Notes: a model not told the origin generated them from the sequence alone. 60,419 bases of DNA, filler included, from 7 parts of 7 records of this genome joined end to end with filler, not necessarily neighbours in it, one strand, 5' to 3'. Shown: positions 19,725-31,156, counted from the whole stretch's first letter. A program made the numbers and translations.

Positions 19725-20189
19725 ATGAGCACAATTCCTCCCAACGTACGGGAATTCCTGAAACGACATAATTTGACTGCCCTGGAGTTCGAACCGGGGT
19801 CGACCCCGACCGCTGAAAAGGCCGCCCAGCGTATCGGCGTGCCCGTGGGCCAGATCGCGAAATCGATTCTATTCAAGGGCAAAGATGATGTCTTTCGCCT
19901 GGTCGTTGCAGCCGGAGATAAGAAAATCAACAGCAGCGCGCTGAAGCGGGCGACCGGGGCCAAACACCGGATGGCCAATGCGGAAGAGACCAGGGAGGTC
20001 ACCGGGTTTCTGCCCGGCGGAGTGTGCCCGTTCGGACTTGCAGGGGCTGATGTGGTGATCCTGCTGGACGTGTCGCTCGACGAATATGACACGGTTTACC
20101 CGGCCGCCGGCACCGACGCCACCGGTGTGCCGCTGAGTCCCGACTACCTGCTGGAAATCACCGAAGGGCAGAAGGTGGAGGTAACCTGA
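19725..20189 (+). CDS. YbaK/EbsC-family aminoacyl-tRNA deacylase
   Basis: TPTAEKAA, QIAKSILF, TGFLPGGVCPFG, VYPAAG; probable start ATG 19725. Confidence 0.9.
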   Translation: MSTIPPNVREFLKRHNLTALEFEPGSTPTAEKAAQRIGVPVGQIAKSILFKGKDDVFRLVVAAGDKKINSSALKRATGAKHRMANAEETREVTGFLPGGVCPFGLAGADVVILLDVSLDEYDTVYPAAGTDATGVPLSPDYLLEITEGQKVEVT

Positions 20190-20192
20190 TCC

Positions 20193-22164
20193 ATGCTGTC
20201 AGTCAACGGCCTCGACATCCGCTACGGGGAAAAACATCTCTTTAAGAATATCTCGGCAGTCGTTCACCCCGGCGACCGGATCGGCCTGGTCGGTGTCAAC
20301 GGCACCGGCAAGTCGACGCTGATGAAGATCATGGCGTCGGTGACCGTCGCCGACGATGGGGTGTTGAGCCGGTCCAAACACTTCACGGTGGCATACCTGC
20401 CGCAGGAGCCGTCGCTGGTCAGTTCGGGCAGGACCCTCTACGAGGAGGCGGTCCAGTCGTTTTCCCGGCTGCTGGATCTGCAGAGCGAGGCCGGGCGGTT
20501 GAACGAGGTGCTGGCCGACACGGAAATCGCTGACGGTGAAGTCGAAGCGCTGCTCGAACGGCAGGGAGAAATCCAGCAGATCCTCGACAACAGCGACATC
20601 TATACGATCCGCTCCCAGACGGAGAAGGTCCTGTTCGGCCTCGGTTTTTCGGAAGCGGATTTGCAGGCGGAGGTGTCGACCTTTTCCGGTGGCTGGATCA
20701 TGCGGCTGCTGCTCGCCAAGATGCTGCTGGAGTCCCCGTCACTGTTGTTGCTCGATGAACCGACCAACCACCTCGACCTGGAATCGTTGACCTGGCTCGA
20801 ATCCTTTCTACAAAGCTACCACGGGGCGCTGGTCCTCATCTCCCATGACCGGACATTCCTGGACCGGACCACCACCCAGACCTGGGAACTCAGCCTGGGT
20901 CGGCTGAACATCTACAAGGGGAATTATTCCCGGTACGTCGAAGACAAGGAAGAGCGGCGGCGCATCGAGAAGGCGTCGTACGATAACCAGCAGGCTCAGA
21001 TTCGCCAGACCATGCGCTTCGTCGAGCGGTTCCGGGCAAAGTCGACGAAGGCCAAGCAGGTCCAGTCCCGGCTCAAGCAGATCGAACGGCTTGACCTCGT
21101 CGAGTTGTCCGAAGAGGAGCATTCGATCAAGTTCACTTTCCCGGCGGCGCCGCATTCGGGGCGCGACGTGCTGATGGCCGAAGGGATCGGGAAGTCCTTC
21201 GGCGGGCGAACAGTCTTTGCCGGCATGGACCTGCTCCTGCAGCGCGGCGATAAGGTCGCCGTTGTCGGAGTGAACGGCGCCGGCAAGTCGACCATGCTCA
21301 AGATTCTCGCAGACCAGTTGCCGGCCGACAGCGGCTCGTGCCGACTCGGCAGCGGGGTGCTGCTGACCTATTTCGGTCAGCACCAGGCCCGGGAGCTGGC
21401 CCCCGAATTCACCGTGCTGGAGAGCCTGTCCCACGTCGCGGGTGACATGACGATGACCCGCATACGCTCCCTTCTCGGGGCGTTTTTGTTCCGGGGAGGA
21501 CGTCGACAAGAAGGTCTCGGTCCTGTCCGGCGGCGAAAAGAGCCGGCTGGCGCTTGCCCGGATGATCGCGGTGCCGGCGAACTGCATGCTCCTGGATGAG
21601 CCGACCAACCATCTTGACATGCACTCCCAGGAGGTGTTGCAGGAGGCGATGCGGCAGTACGACGGCACCATCGTGGTGGTGTCCCATAACCGTTATTTCG
21701 TGGATCGTTTCGTAAACAAGGTCCTGGAGATCAAGGATGGCGCGGCGACCCTCTACGACGGGACGATCGAGGAATACCTTGATCGACAGGAGCGGCTGGC
21801 GCTCAGGGACGCCGATAAGGCTGCAGCGGCAGCTCCCGCGGAAACCAATGGGTCGGCGAGGGGAGAGAGCAAAAAGGAAAAACGTCGCAAAGAAGCTCAG
21901 AGGCGCCAGAAACGTCAGCAGCTCGCCGGTCCGTGGCTGAAGAAACTTGCCGACGCGGAGGCGAAGGTGGAGGAGCTTGAGCTGCGGAAGGACGAGCTCG
22001 AGGCGGAGTTGGCCGACCCGGAGCTCTATCAGGACCAGAAGGCCTGGTCCGAAGTGAACGGCCGCTACAACGACTGCACGCGCAGGCTAGACCGCTGGAT
22101 GACCCAGTGGGAGGAAGCCCAGGCGAAAATCGATGAAGTCGATGCTGAGCAGGACTTCTCATGA
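20193..22164 (+). CDS. ABC-F family ATPase, split by a frameshift at G4 21493-21496
   Basis: Two ABC cassettes (GVNGTGKS, FSGGW, LDEPTNHLD twice); the restored reading FRGEDVDKKVSVLSGGEKSRLAL joins both ORFs; C-terminal coiled coil. Confidence 0.93.
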
Positions 22165-22198
22165 AACGCGTTGGTTTGTGACCGGATTGTGCCTGAAA

Positions 22199-22227
22199 TT
22201 GACATCTCCCGGATGCTGGGGTACAAC
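22199..22227 (+). promoter_or_regulatory. Sigma70-type promoter for the rubredoxin-domain gene
   Basis: TTGACA-17 bp-TACAAC. Confidence 0.6.
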
Positions 22228-22269
22228 CAGTCGAAGAAGAGCGATGTGTACAGGTTTTGATATCACTAA

Positions 22270-22412
22270 AGGGAACCTTGAATAATTGTCTTTTGGCCTA
22301 AACTCTGCGTTGTGCGTGAAAATTTTATCATCGACATATCAATTCGGCCTGCGGTAAAATTTCCACACGCGTCTTGATTTTGAACCAAGATCCGAAGTAT
22401 TCAAGGTTCCCT
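22270..22412. mobile_element. MITE-like element, 143 bp
   Basis: Perfect 15-bp terminal IR AGGGAACCTTGAATA / TATTCAAGGTTCCCT with an internal imperfect IR; lower GC than flanks. Confidence 0.7.
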
Positions 22413-22432
22413 GAACAATCTTGGAGGAAGCC

Positions 22433-23269
22433 ATGAAAAAGTGGGAATGCACGGTGTGCGGCTATATCCATGAAGGGGAGGAGCCACCGAGCGAGTGTCC
22501 GGTGTGCGGCGCCGGTCCCGAATACTTCAAGGAAGTGGAAGCGAAAGAGCAGGCTGAGCAGAGTGGACAGCCGGAGCAGCCGGAGACGGCGGTTCCTGTC
22601 GATGAGCCCCCTCCCGCACCGGCAACAGCGGAGGCTGGCAGCCGCGGAGCTGGAGCCGGAAGCAGGAAGTGGGAGTGCACGGTATGCGGCTATATCCACG
22701 AGGGGGATGCGCCGCCGGATCAGTGTCCGGTGTGCGGGGCCGGACCCGAGTACTTCAAGGAAATCGTCGAGAGGGCTGGCGAGACCCTGACCGAGGGGGC
22801 GCTGGCGCCGGAAGGGGCAGAGTCCGAATCAAAACCGGGCTTCCTGCGCGCCCAGGTCATGAAGCACCACCTCCACCCGATTTCCGTACATACCCCGAAC
22901 GGAGTATTGCCGGCGGCGCTGGTCTTCCTCGCGCTGGCTGTCGTTTTCGGTGTGAGCGGGTTCGAGCTGGCCGCCTTCTTCAACCTGGTGTTCGTGCTGC
23001 TGACGATGCCGTTCGTGATCGCCACCGGCTTCATCGCGTGGCAGGACCGGTATAAAGGGGTCATGACAAAAATTTTCGGGCTGAAAATCGGGGCTTCGAT
23101 TGTGGTCACTGCAACGCTTCTGGCGCTCGTCGTCTGGCGTCTGGTTGATCCGGAAGTGGCGACGTCAGCGGGATGTTGGACCTACCTGGTTATCTGTCTT
23201 GTGTCGGTCGGTGCAGCGGGACTGGCGGGTCATATGGGCGGCAAGCTGGTGTTTGGCTCCAGGGACTGA
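22433..23269 (+). CDS. Tandem rubredoxin-like domains plus DUF2231-like membrane domain
   Basis: Two copies of [21 protein letters not shown], then HPISVHTP, four TM helices and [17 protein letters not shown] before ATG 22433. Confidence 0.85.
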   Translation: MKKWECTVCGYIHEGEEPPSECPVCGAGPEYFKEVEAKEQAEQSGQPEQPETAVPVDEPPPAPATAEAGSRGAGAGSRKWECTVCGYIHEGDAPPDQCPVCGAGPEYFKEIVERAGETLTEGALAPEGAESESKPGFLRAQVMKHHLHPISVHTPNGVLPAALVFLALAVVFGVSGFELAAFFNLVFVLLTMPFVIATGFIAWQDRYKGVMTKIFGLKIGASIVVTATLLALVVWRLVDPEVATSAGCWTYLVICLVSVGAAGLAGHMGGKLVFGSRD

Positions 23270-23294
23270 AAGTAAGACCTCCCTGGAGAAAATG

Positions 23295-23344
23295 AAAAGC
23301 CGGATTCGGTCTGCACCATTTGATGCAGACCGAATCCGGCTTTT
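23295..23344. terminator. Bidirectional terminator
   Basis: Perfect 21-bp arms AAAAGCCGGATTCGGTCTGCA / TGCAGACCGAATCCGGCTTTT between convergent genes. Confidence 0.85.
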
Positions 23345-23366
23345 GTGTTTTACAGGGCGGAGACGT

Positions 23367-24563
23367 TCAGCTCTTCAGCGCCTCGGCGATTGAATCACAT
23401 ACATAGTCGATGTTCCCGGCCGTCAGACCGGCGACATTGATCCTGCCTCCGCCGACGACATAGATACCGCGGTTTTCGCGGAGCCACGCAACCGTGTCGT
23501 CATTGAGGCCGCTGAACGAAAACATTCCCCGCTGCCGGGTGATAGAGGAGAAGTCCTGTTTGACCCCCCGTTGCGCCAAGCCGTCAACCAGCGCGGAGCG
23601 CATGCCGACGATGCGGCTGCACATGGTAGCCAGCTCGTCACGCCACTGGCTGGTCAGCGCAGCATCGGACAGCACCGTCTTGACGATGAGTCCGCCGTGC
23701 GCCGGCGGATTGGAGTAACAGACCCGCACGGTGAGGTTGAGGTGGCTCTTCGCTACTGCCGCCTCTTGCGCGTTTGCGCTTACGACGGTGATTGCCCCGG
23801 CGCGTTCGTTGTAGAGCCCGAAATTCTTTGAGAACGAGCTGGACACGAAAAAATCCACGCCGGCGGCGGCGAAGGCCTCCACGCTGGCCCGATCCTCTTC
23901 AATACTGTCCCCAAATCCCTGGTAGGCGAAGTCAAGGAATCCGATCCACCCCTTCTCGGCCGCGATCGCCGCGACCTCCTGCCACTGATTGCCGGCCAGG
24001 TCAACGCCGCTCGGATTGTGGCAGCATGCATGCAGCAGGACGACGTCGCCCGCGGGAATGTTCTGCAGCGCCTCGATCAGTTCGGCGTATTTCAAGTCCT
24101 TGGTGTCGCTGTCGTAATAGGGATACTCCCTGATGTCGAAACCGGCCGCACCAAATATACCTTTGTGATTCGCCCAGGTGGGGGAACTTATCCAGGCGGT
24201 GCCGGTGGGGTTGAACTTTCTGACCAACTCCGCGCCGATCCGCAAACCGCCGGTTCCACCCGGCGCATGGGCGGTAACTGCCCGCTTCGATGCGATGACC
24301 TCGCTGTCTTCGCCAAACAGCAGTTTCTGGACGCACTCGGTATACACCGGGTCGCCGGAAATCGGCAGGTAGCTCTTCGTCTGTTCGCTGCTGAGCAGGA
24401 TGCGCTCCGCCTCTTTTACACTCTCGAGTACCGGAGTGATTCCCTGATCATCTTTGTAGACGCCGACGCCGAGGTTAACCTTGTCGGGGTTGGTGTCGTT
24501 CTTGAATGCCTCGGTCAGCCCGAGAATGGAGTCGGGCGGGGCGGCTGTCACTGATTTCCACAT
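23367..24563 (-). CDS. aspC: Aspartate/aromatic amino acid aminotransferase (class I)
   Basis: KVNLGVGVY, HACCHNPSG, DFAYQGFG, SFSKNFGLYNERAG, GRINVAG. Confidence 0.93.
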   Translation of the reverse strand: MWKSVTAAPPDSILGLTEAFKNDTNPDKVNLGVGVYKDDQGITPVLESVKEAERILLSSEQTKSYLPISGDPVYTECVQKLLFGEDSEVIASKRAVTAHAPGGTGGLRIGAELVRKFNPTGTAWISSPTWANHKGIFGAAGFDIREYPYYDSDTKDLKYAELIEALQNIPAGDVVLLHACCHNPSGVDLAGNQWQEVAAIAAEKGWIGFLDFAYQGFGDSIEEDRASVEAFAAAGVDFFVSSSFSKNFGLYNERAGAITVVSANAQEAAVAKSHLNLTVRVCYSNPPAHGGLIVKTVLSDAALTSQWRDELATMCSRIVGMRSALVDGLAQRGVKQDFSSITRQRGMFSFSGLNDDTVAWLRENRGIYVVGGGRINVAGLTAGNIDYVCDSIAEALKS

Positions 24564-24630
24564 ACAGATTCCTCTTTGATTAACAATGTTGGTAAAATTC
24601 GAGTTGGAAAAATAATTAGGCAGGTGGGGG

Positions 24631-24730
24631 NNNNNNNNNNNNNNNNNNNNNNNNNNNNNNNNNNNNNNNNNNNNTTAATTAATTAANNNNNNNNNNNNNN
24701 NNNNNNNNNNNNNNNNNNNNNNNNNNNNNN
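24631..24730. other. Artificial contig spacer
   Basis: N44-TTAATTAATTAA-N44. Confidence 0.98.
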
Positions 24731-25866
24731 AGGTATTAGGATCGCTCCAGTTACCGGTTGCAACAGCGGTAATCTCAGCCGTGGCCGACTTCAATATCAG
24801 CACAGGTTCACTTTCAACAGTTATCTCTTCCTCTACTGCTTCCTCCTCTTCTTCTACCACTGTAATCTGGTGATCTACTTCAGCCACATTTCCATGCACA
24901 TCGGAAATATGATATTTTCGGGTGAGTATATATGGACAGAATGAAGAGCTACGGGTTTGGCTAACGTAACGGAATGTGGTGTAATCTACATTACAATTGT
25001 CGTGTACTGCTCCGCCTGCAGCTTCAAACTGCTGCCAGTTAGTAAAGGCATCGGGTACCGGATTTCCGCATTCTACGGTTACAGAAAGAGGTGTAGTTAC
25101 AAACGGTGGTTCGTCATCGGTTACAGTTACTGTAAAACGAAGCTCCACGTTGTTGTATTCCATCCCGTCGTTAATATTATATATCACTTCGGTAGCTCCA
25201 ACGGGAAAAGAGTTTGGGATAATGGTTTGCACTTACTAAAATTTGGTCAGCTGGAGTACAGTTATCGCTCACAATTGGCTCAGGCCAACTAACTCTCGCA
25301 TTACATTCTCCTTTTTCAGAAGAAACCTCAATATTTCCCGAAGGATTTTCAACACGAGGCACTTGGTTATCGGATACTAAAACAGTAAAACTACAGCTTA
25401 CGGGTGCATTGTTTTTATCAGTTCCGGTATAACCAATAAAGGTAGTTCCCTCATTAAATGCATAAGTTCCAATTTGGTTAATTCCTGTAGTTGGAGAACT
25501 ATCGACGGTTGCTCCATCCATCTCCCAGCTAAGTTGCATCAAAAGGTTCTCAGGATCTTCAATGTCGAGCCCAGAGCTTATTAAACTGGTACATGAATTA
25601 ATATCGGTGTAAGTTGAAATATCATCAGGACAAACAAAACTATCCGAATTGTAGAATGAAAATTGATTCTCGGATGTTGATTGAACGGAATTTGAATTAA
25701 GGACAAACGAAACCGTACTATCTACAGAATTTGTTCCTTCTGTTCCAGTATAAGCACAAAGGCTTCCTGTTACAGAAGTAGGTTCTATAAATACCATTAA
25801 AATAGTCAGCAAATAAAAAACTATTTTAAAAGTCTGGTTATGTTTTGATTCTGTCAACTTAATCAA
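24731..25866 (-). CDS. HYR-domain surface protein (likely T9SS cargo), frameshift near 25213-25218, 3' truncated
   Basis: HYR-like repeats FNEGTT..Y...D.....CSFTVLVSDNQVP and SFPVGATEVIY...FTVTVTDDEPP across ORFs 25177..25866 and 24675..25232. Confidence 0.75.
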
Positions 25867-26097
25867 ATTATAATTAAGTGGCCATCGTCATCTTTACCTG
25901 CATTTACAGGCGCGCAATTTGGAGAGCTTTACTATCCTTACAATACATACATATTGCGACAGCTATTCTCTGCCATCATTGATTTACGGGGCCAACTAAA
26001 AAGTTTTAATAACTTTTCTGCTTGGCTTTTCTAATTGCTGTACCAGTTATATCAATCATTCTTAGGGTTTGTAAAAATTTGTCCATATTATATTGAT

Positions 26098-26994
26098 TTA
26101 AAAGTATCTCGATCTTATATAACTTCTACCAAAAAAGTCCATATCAAAACCAACTGAAAACTCAAAAGTTCCGTTCTGATAAGGATATATATCATTATAG
26201 GTAACGTCCATGGCAAAACCTACGCGTAAATTATTACTGAACATCCAGTTTCCGGTTACACAAAGTGCATCGCCTGAACGTAGCATTAAGCCAAGCCAGA
26301 GTTTTTCCCTTAATAAAAAATTAGCGGCAAGGTCGAACTGTAAAGGAGTACCAACGGTAGCCCTAATTAGCATTGTAGGCTTAAATACAACAAAATTTAA
26401 TGGATCTAATGGAAGTACATAACCTCCATTCAAATAGAATGTACGTACTTCTGCACTGGTTGAATAATTGTGAAAGTTTTCCTTTAGATCGTTCTCAACT
26501 AATTTTGGCACGGATAAACCAATATAGAAATCTTCCTGAGAAAGAAAACCTACACCAAAATTGGGAAGAAACTTCAGGTCAACATCCTCATCAAAAGCAT
26601 GGTCGTACAAATTATCCGGGTAAAGCTCATATTCGGTTAAAGGATTTTTATAGTTGATAAAACCAAATTTTAAGCCCAAACGTAGCCGTGTACGCGGCCC
26701 CACATATACTTCGAAAGCATAATCTGCAAGCACGCTTAACCTGTTCTCAAGTGCGAACTTATCGTTCATTATATTTAGACCGACACCTACTGCATCGTTC
26801 CTCAGGGGCGAATGAAATGATAGTGATTCAGTAAGCGGCGAGCGATTAATGCCGACCCACTGTTTTCTTACTAATGTGGTGAATCCTATTTTTTCCCATA
26901 TACCTGCATAAGCCGGGTTAATCACCTGACCATTAAACATATATGAAGTAAAAATGGGATCTTGTTGTGCACCACTCTTAAGTGATATTAGCAA
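26098..26994 (-). CDS. Type IX secretion PorP/SprF family outer-membrane protein
   Basis: AQQDPIFTSYMFNGQVINPAYAG, RKQWVGI, YIGLSVPKL, FKPTMLIR, GTFEFSVGF. Confidence 0.9.
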   Translation of the reverse strand: MLISLKSGAQQDPIFTSYMFNGQVINPAYAGIWEKIGFTTLVRKQWVGINRSPLTESLSFHSPLRNDAVGVGLNIMNDKFALENRLSVLADYAFEVYVGPRTRLRLGLKFGFINYKNPLTEYELYPDNLYDHAFDEDVDLKFLPNFGVGFLSQEDFYIGLSVPKLVENDLKENFHNYSTSAEVRTFYLNGGYVLPLDPLNFVVFKPTMLIRATVGTPLQFDLAANFLLREKLWLGLMLRSGDALCVTGNWMFSNNLRVGFAMDVTYNDIYPYQNGTFEFSVGFDMDFFGRSYIRSRYF

Positions 26995-27264
26995 GACAAA
27001 TATCCCGAATACTACTAGTTTTTTTATGACGATACCAATTTACTCTGGTTACAACGATGGAAAATTACGTACAATTATTAACAAATGCAATTAATCATAA
27101 AAGAAATTAAAGTACAGAACTCCTTTCAAATAAACATGTTACACGATTCATTTATCCAATTCTCAAATTGTTAATAACAAAAAAAGCCTCTCAGGAATCT
27201 GAAAGGCAATAAAACTAACCGTTTGCTGCTCGGTTAAATATTATTTAATATTTCTTTTGCCAGG

Positions 27265-28482
27265 CTAATATTGCGCATAGTTTTCAACCTTTTTAAAAAC
27301 CCTGAAGAAATTTTCTCCCCAAACCTTAGCAATTTCAGTTTTCATGAAGCCACGGCTCAGCATTTCTGAAGTAATATTCGGAAATTGACTGACATCAGCG
27401 CAATCGGCCAAACCACCACCACCATCAAAATCAGATCCAATACCAACGTAATCAATACCTACAAGGTTCTTTACATATTCAATATGATCGACATAATCCT
27501 TTACCGTTGGCAAATCTTTAGGATACTTAGTACTCAAACTTCTCCACTCTTTACGAACCTCATTTTTTTCATCCTCACTCATGGTTTCCCATTTGTTATT
27601 GAAAATTTCGTGAAGCTCCTTTTCTTTTTGATAACGAACAGTAGTCGTATCCGGATCTTTCACATAATCATCGAGTAAACATATTTGTATAACGCCACCA
27701 TTTTTTGCCAGAGCCTTTATCATCTCATCAGTCATGTTACGGTTATGGTGTGCAATTGAACGTACACTGGAATGCGAAGCAAAAACCGGAGTTTCACTCA
27801 TTTCAACTACATCAAAAAACGATTTGTCAGAAATATGAGAAACATCAATTAACATCCCCAGACTGTTCATTTTCGTTACTACTTCTTTTCCAAACTCACT
27901 CAAACCATCATGTTCAGGTCCTTTTTTGTCGGTCGACGAATCGCAAATATCGTTGTTCGAACTATGGCAAAGTGTAATATAGCGTACTCCCCTATCATAA
28001 AACTCTTTTACTCGTTCTATATCGGTTCCTATTGGAAATCCGTTTTCCATACCAATGTAAATAGCACGCTTCCCTTCTTTTTCCAACCGCACAACATCAT
28101 CAGACTTTGTAGCAACTTCTGCCATCTCGGGATATTCCTCGCAAACCTCATAAGTTTTGTCAATCATTTGGTGAGCCAGTTTGTACGCTTTTTCCGTATT
28201 CTCTGGAGTCCGTTCGCGCTGCCCTGTAAAAGCTGCAAAAAACATAGCATCCAAACCACCTTCTTTCATACGGGGAAAATCAACGCGGCTGTGAGGAGGT
28301 TCATTCCTTTTTCCAATATCGAAATGCTGATTCAACAATGCCATTGGTGTATCGCAATGTGTATCAACAGTAATTGCGTTTTCATGTATCTCTTTCACTT
28401 TCCCATCAACTCCTTCAACTTTGTCGGAGCTAAAGCCTAATAACTGGGTAAAAACCACTACTAAACAAAATATCTTTATCAT
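27265..28482 (-). CDS. Membrane (renal-type, M19) dipeptidase
   Basis: VDTHCDT, IGMENG, YITLCH, DVSHISD, ASHSS, RNMTDE, GIGSDFDG. Confidence 0.92.
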   Translation of the reverse strand: MIKIFCLVVVFTQLLGFSSDKVEGVDGKVKEIHENAITVDTHCDTPMALLNQHFDIGKRNEPPHSRVDFPRMKEGGLDAMFFAAFTGQRERTPENTEKAYKLAHQMIDKTYEVCEEYPEMAEVATKSDDVVRLEKEGKRAIYIGMENGFPIGTDIERVKEFYDRGVRYITLCHSSNNDICDSSTDKKGPEHDGLSEFGKEVVTKMNSLGMLIDVSHISDKSFFDVVEMSETPVFASHSSVRSIAHHNRNMTDEMIKALAKNGGVIQICLLDDYVKDPDTTTVRYQKEKELHEIFNNKWETMSEDEKNEVRKEWRSLSTKYPKDLPTVKDYVDHIEYVKNLVGIDYVGIGSDFDGGGGLADCADVSQFPNITSEMLSRGFMKTEIAKVWGENFFRVFKKVENYAQY

Positions 28483-28636
28483 TTTCTTTGTATTTTTCTT
28501 TAAACAGAACACAAAACTAACAAAATCAATTCCCGAAAATATCTTTTAGTCACAAAAAGTTTAAAAACTCAAACAATTTTACATACGAGATAAATATTAT
28601 TATCTATTCGTACTTTTGTCGTTTAAATTTCGCCAA

Positions 28637-29725
28637 ATGAAGTTTGAATCTACAAAGAGCACAACAAAGTGGTGGCTAATATTTATGCTGTTGGCTATTC
28701 TTACTTTTTTACTTACAAGAATTGCCGCATCAAATCAGCAGTGGATAGAACAGAACTATGCCCAGGGAATTTATCCTTTAATTGCTAAAATTCTTTCCTC
28801 GGTTAGTGCAGTCGTTCCTATTTCGCTTGATGATATTTTTTACCTCGTTTTACTTTTAATGCCACTGTCGATTATTGCCTTGCTGATTTTGAGAAAGATT
28901 TCTTTCCAATATGCAGGAAAACTTTTTATTAAAACTCTATCGGTAGTTTATATCCTGTTTTATCTCTTGTGGGGATTTAACTACTTTAGACAAGGAATTT
29001 CTGAACGACTGACTTTAAAAGAAGCACAAGCAGACAAAGAAGAGTTTATTGAAATTCTGAGCCAAATTATAGAACACACAAACAACTTGCATTGCAGCTT
29101 TAACGAATCCGACCAAAAACAAGCTGATAGTTTAATTGAAGAATCGTACATGAAACTGGCCCCGGCTTTAAAAATTCCTTATCCAATGGGCAAAAGAATG
29201 GACAAGAAAATTACCTTCAGCGGTTTTTATGCGAAAAGTGGGATTACCGGATATTTTGGCCCGTTTTTTAACGAAGTACACGTAAATAAGAAAGTTCTCC
29301 CCATAGAATATCCATCTGTTCTGGCACACGAAAAAGCTCACCAGCTCGGAGTGACCAGTGAAGCAGAGGCTAACTTCTACTCGTGGCTGGTTTGTTCGAA
29401 TAGTACTTCGCAACAAATTCAATATTCCGGTAACCTTTTTATTCTTTTTCATTTTCTAAGACAAGCCTACGAATTAGAGGAATACCACAGTTTGGTTGAA
29501 CAAATTTCACCTGAGGTAAAAGAAGATTTCAACCACATCCGTCAACATTGGAAAAAACTTCGAAATGAAACGCTGAACAAAACAGCATCCAAAGTAAACG
29601 ATGCATATTTAAAGACCAATAAGCTAGAAGCCGGCATCCGGGATTACAATGGTGTGGTAAAACACGTTATGAACTTTTCGTTAGATTCTGCATTTCAGAA
29701 AAGACATGGGCTTGCCGACAATTAA
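28637..29725 (+). CDS. DUF3810-family membrane protein with zinc-binding motif
   Basis: LWGFNYFR, GITGYFGPFFNE, LAHEKAHQLG..SEAEANF. Confidence 0.85.
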   Translation: MKFESTKSTTKWWLIFMLLAILTFLLTRIAASNQQWIEQNYAQGIYPLIAKILSSVSAVVPISLDDIFYLVLLLMPLSIIALLILRKISFQYAGKLFIKTLSVVYILFYLLWGFNYFRQGISERLTLKEAQADKEEFIEILSQIIEHTNNLHCSFNESDQKQADSLIEESYMKLAPALKIPYPMGKRMDKKITFSGFYAKSGITGYFGPFFNEVHVNKKVLPIEYPSVLAHEKAHQLGVTSEAEANFYSWLVCSNSTSQQIQYSGNLFILFHFLRQAYELEEYHSLVEQISPEVKEDFNHIRQHWKKLRNETLNKTASKVNDAYLKTNKLEAGIRDYNGVVKHVMNFSLDSAFQKRHGLADN

Positions 29726-29757
29726 ATTCGTCTATTTTTGTTCCAAACATTTTTATT

Positions 29758-30594
29758 ATGAAATTAATACCGATTTCAGCAGGTCATTTTCATTGCGACG
29801 GCGGCGCTCTTTTTGGAGTTATTCCGAAAGTATTGTGGAATAAAGTTTACCCTTGTAACGAAAATAATTTTACACAACTTACCCTGCGCTGCCTGCTTGT
29901 AAATAGTGGCGAACACAAAATTCTGATTGAAACCGGTGTTGGAAATCATTACCCTGAGAAATACCTTCAGAATAATGGAGTTACTTCGGTGGTAGATTTG
30001 GAAAAATCGCTTAACGAAAACGGTTATACAGTTGAAGATATAACCGATGTTATTTTTACCCATCTACATTGGGACCACTGCACGGGCGCAATAAAAGATA
30101 CCGATTCAGGGCTCGGACTTGTTTTCCCAAACGCAACTATGTGGAGCAGCAAACGACAGTGGGAACACGCGAAGGTTTCGAATCCGCGTGAAAGAGCTGC
30201 TTATCATCGCGATGTTTTAGACTTTATCTACGATTCGGGAAAACTAAAATTAATTGACAATGAAGGTGAACTATTCCCGGATTTCGAGCTTCGTTTTTTC
30301 GACGGACACACTCCCGGCCAGATAATTCCTCTTATTCATACCGAAAACAAAACATTTGTATATACTTCTGATTTAATTACAACAGCAGCAAATATTCCCC
30401 TGCTTTGGATTCCGGCATACGATCTCGATCCGGTTAAGGTTATGAAAGAAAAAACTGAATTCTTAAAAGAAGTGGCAGAAAAAAATTATGTTTTGTTTTT
30501 CGAGCACGACTACTACACCGAATGTGCAACGGTTAAACAAACAGAAAAAGGTTTGTTATTAAAAGAAAAATTTGAATTGGCAGACTTAATCTGA
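29758..30594 (+). CDS. Metallo-beta-lactamase-fold hydrolase (YtnP-like)
   Basis: DGGALFGVIPK, THLHWDHCTG, GHTPG, FFEHD. Confidence 0.9.
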   Translation: MKLIPISAGHFHCDGGALFGVIPKVLWNKVYPCNENNFTQLTLRCLLVNSGEHKILIETGVGNHYPEKYLQNNGVTSVVDLEKSLNENGYTVEDITDVIFTHLHWDHCTGAIKDTDSGLGLVFPNATMWSSKRQWEHAKVSNPRERAAYHRDVLDFIYDSGKLKLIDNEGELFPDFELRFFDGHTPGQIIPLIHTENKTFVYTSDLITTAANIPLLWIPAYDLDPVKVMKEKTEFLKEVAEKNYVLFFEHDYYTECATVKQTEKGLLLKEKFELADLI

Positions 30595-30638
30595 AATCCG
30601 TTTTAGCAGAATCGAACCCCAACCGGAAACCCGTGGTT

Positions 30639-31070
30639 TTAATTCCAATCAATTTCCCGATAATCAATAAAAACAGTTTCGCATTCGTTCTCTTCAATAT
30701 TTAGTTCTCCGTATATATCAGCGGTGCAGCCTGTTCCAATTTCCGGCCTAATTTCTACTTTGTAGTCATGATGTCCAATTGTTAATTCTTCCCGAATTCC
30801 ATAATTCCTTTCGCAATCAGGTATTGAATCAGCTGGAATTTCCAGTTGCCCCAGATGCTTTCCATCAACAAAAACATCAACATTCGAAATACAATTTATT
30901 ACATGATAATTGGCACCAAACACTACTGTCCCGGCGGCTTTTTCGTCCTCTTTATCGCTACAGGATACAACAAGAATAAAAACGAAAGCAAAGCTTAAAC
31001 ACATTCGAATTCCATGCATGACTTGTTTTCTTTTCAGATGAATATAGATGGAGAAAGGTTGCTTATTCAT
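30639..31070 (-). CDS. Hypothetical lipoprotein
   Basis: Lipobox LVVSC after a hydrophobic stretch; start uncertain. Confidence 0.55.
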   Translation of the reverse strand: MNKQPFSIYIHLKRKQVMHGIRMCLSFAFVFILVVSCSDKEDEKAAGTVVFGANYHVINCISNVDVFVDGKHLGQLEIPADSIPDCERNYGIREELTIGHHDYKVEIRPEIGTGCTADIYGELNIEENECETVFIDYREIDWN

Positions 31071-31156
31071 AAAAAATTAGCTCCATTAAAACAAACTTAC
31101 CGATTTTGGTTAAATTTGATGCCCAACTCACCTAATTGCATTTTTTAAGAATTACA

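Noticed and set aside
19475-24554. Long antisense or alternative-frame ORFs (e.g. 19475..20092, 20808..21671, 24018..24554)
   Set aside because: Shadows of well-supported genes in GC-rich DNA, with no recognisable motifs.
10227-26994. Functional link between the M56-GldM fusion and PorP/HYR T9SS genes
   Set aside because: They are on different contigs separated by spacers; adjacency is artificial.
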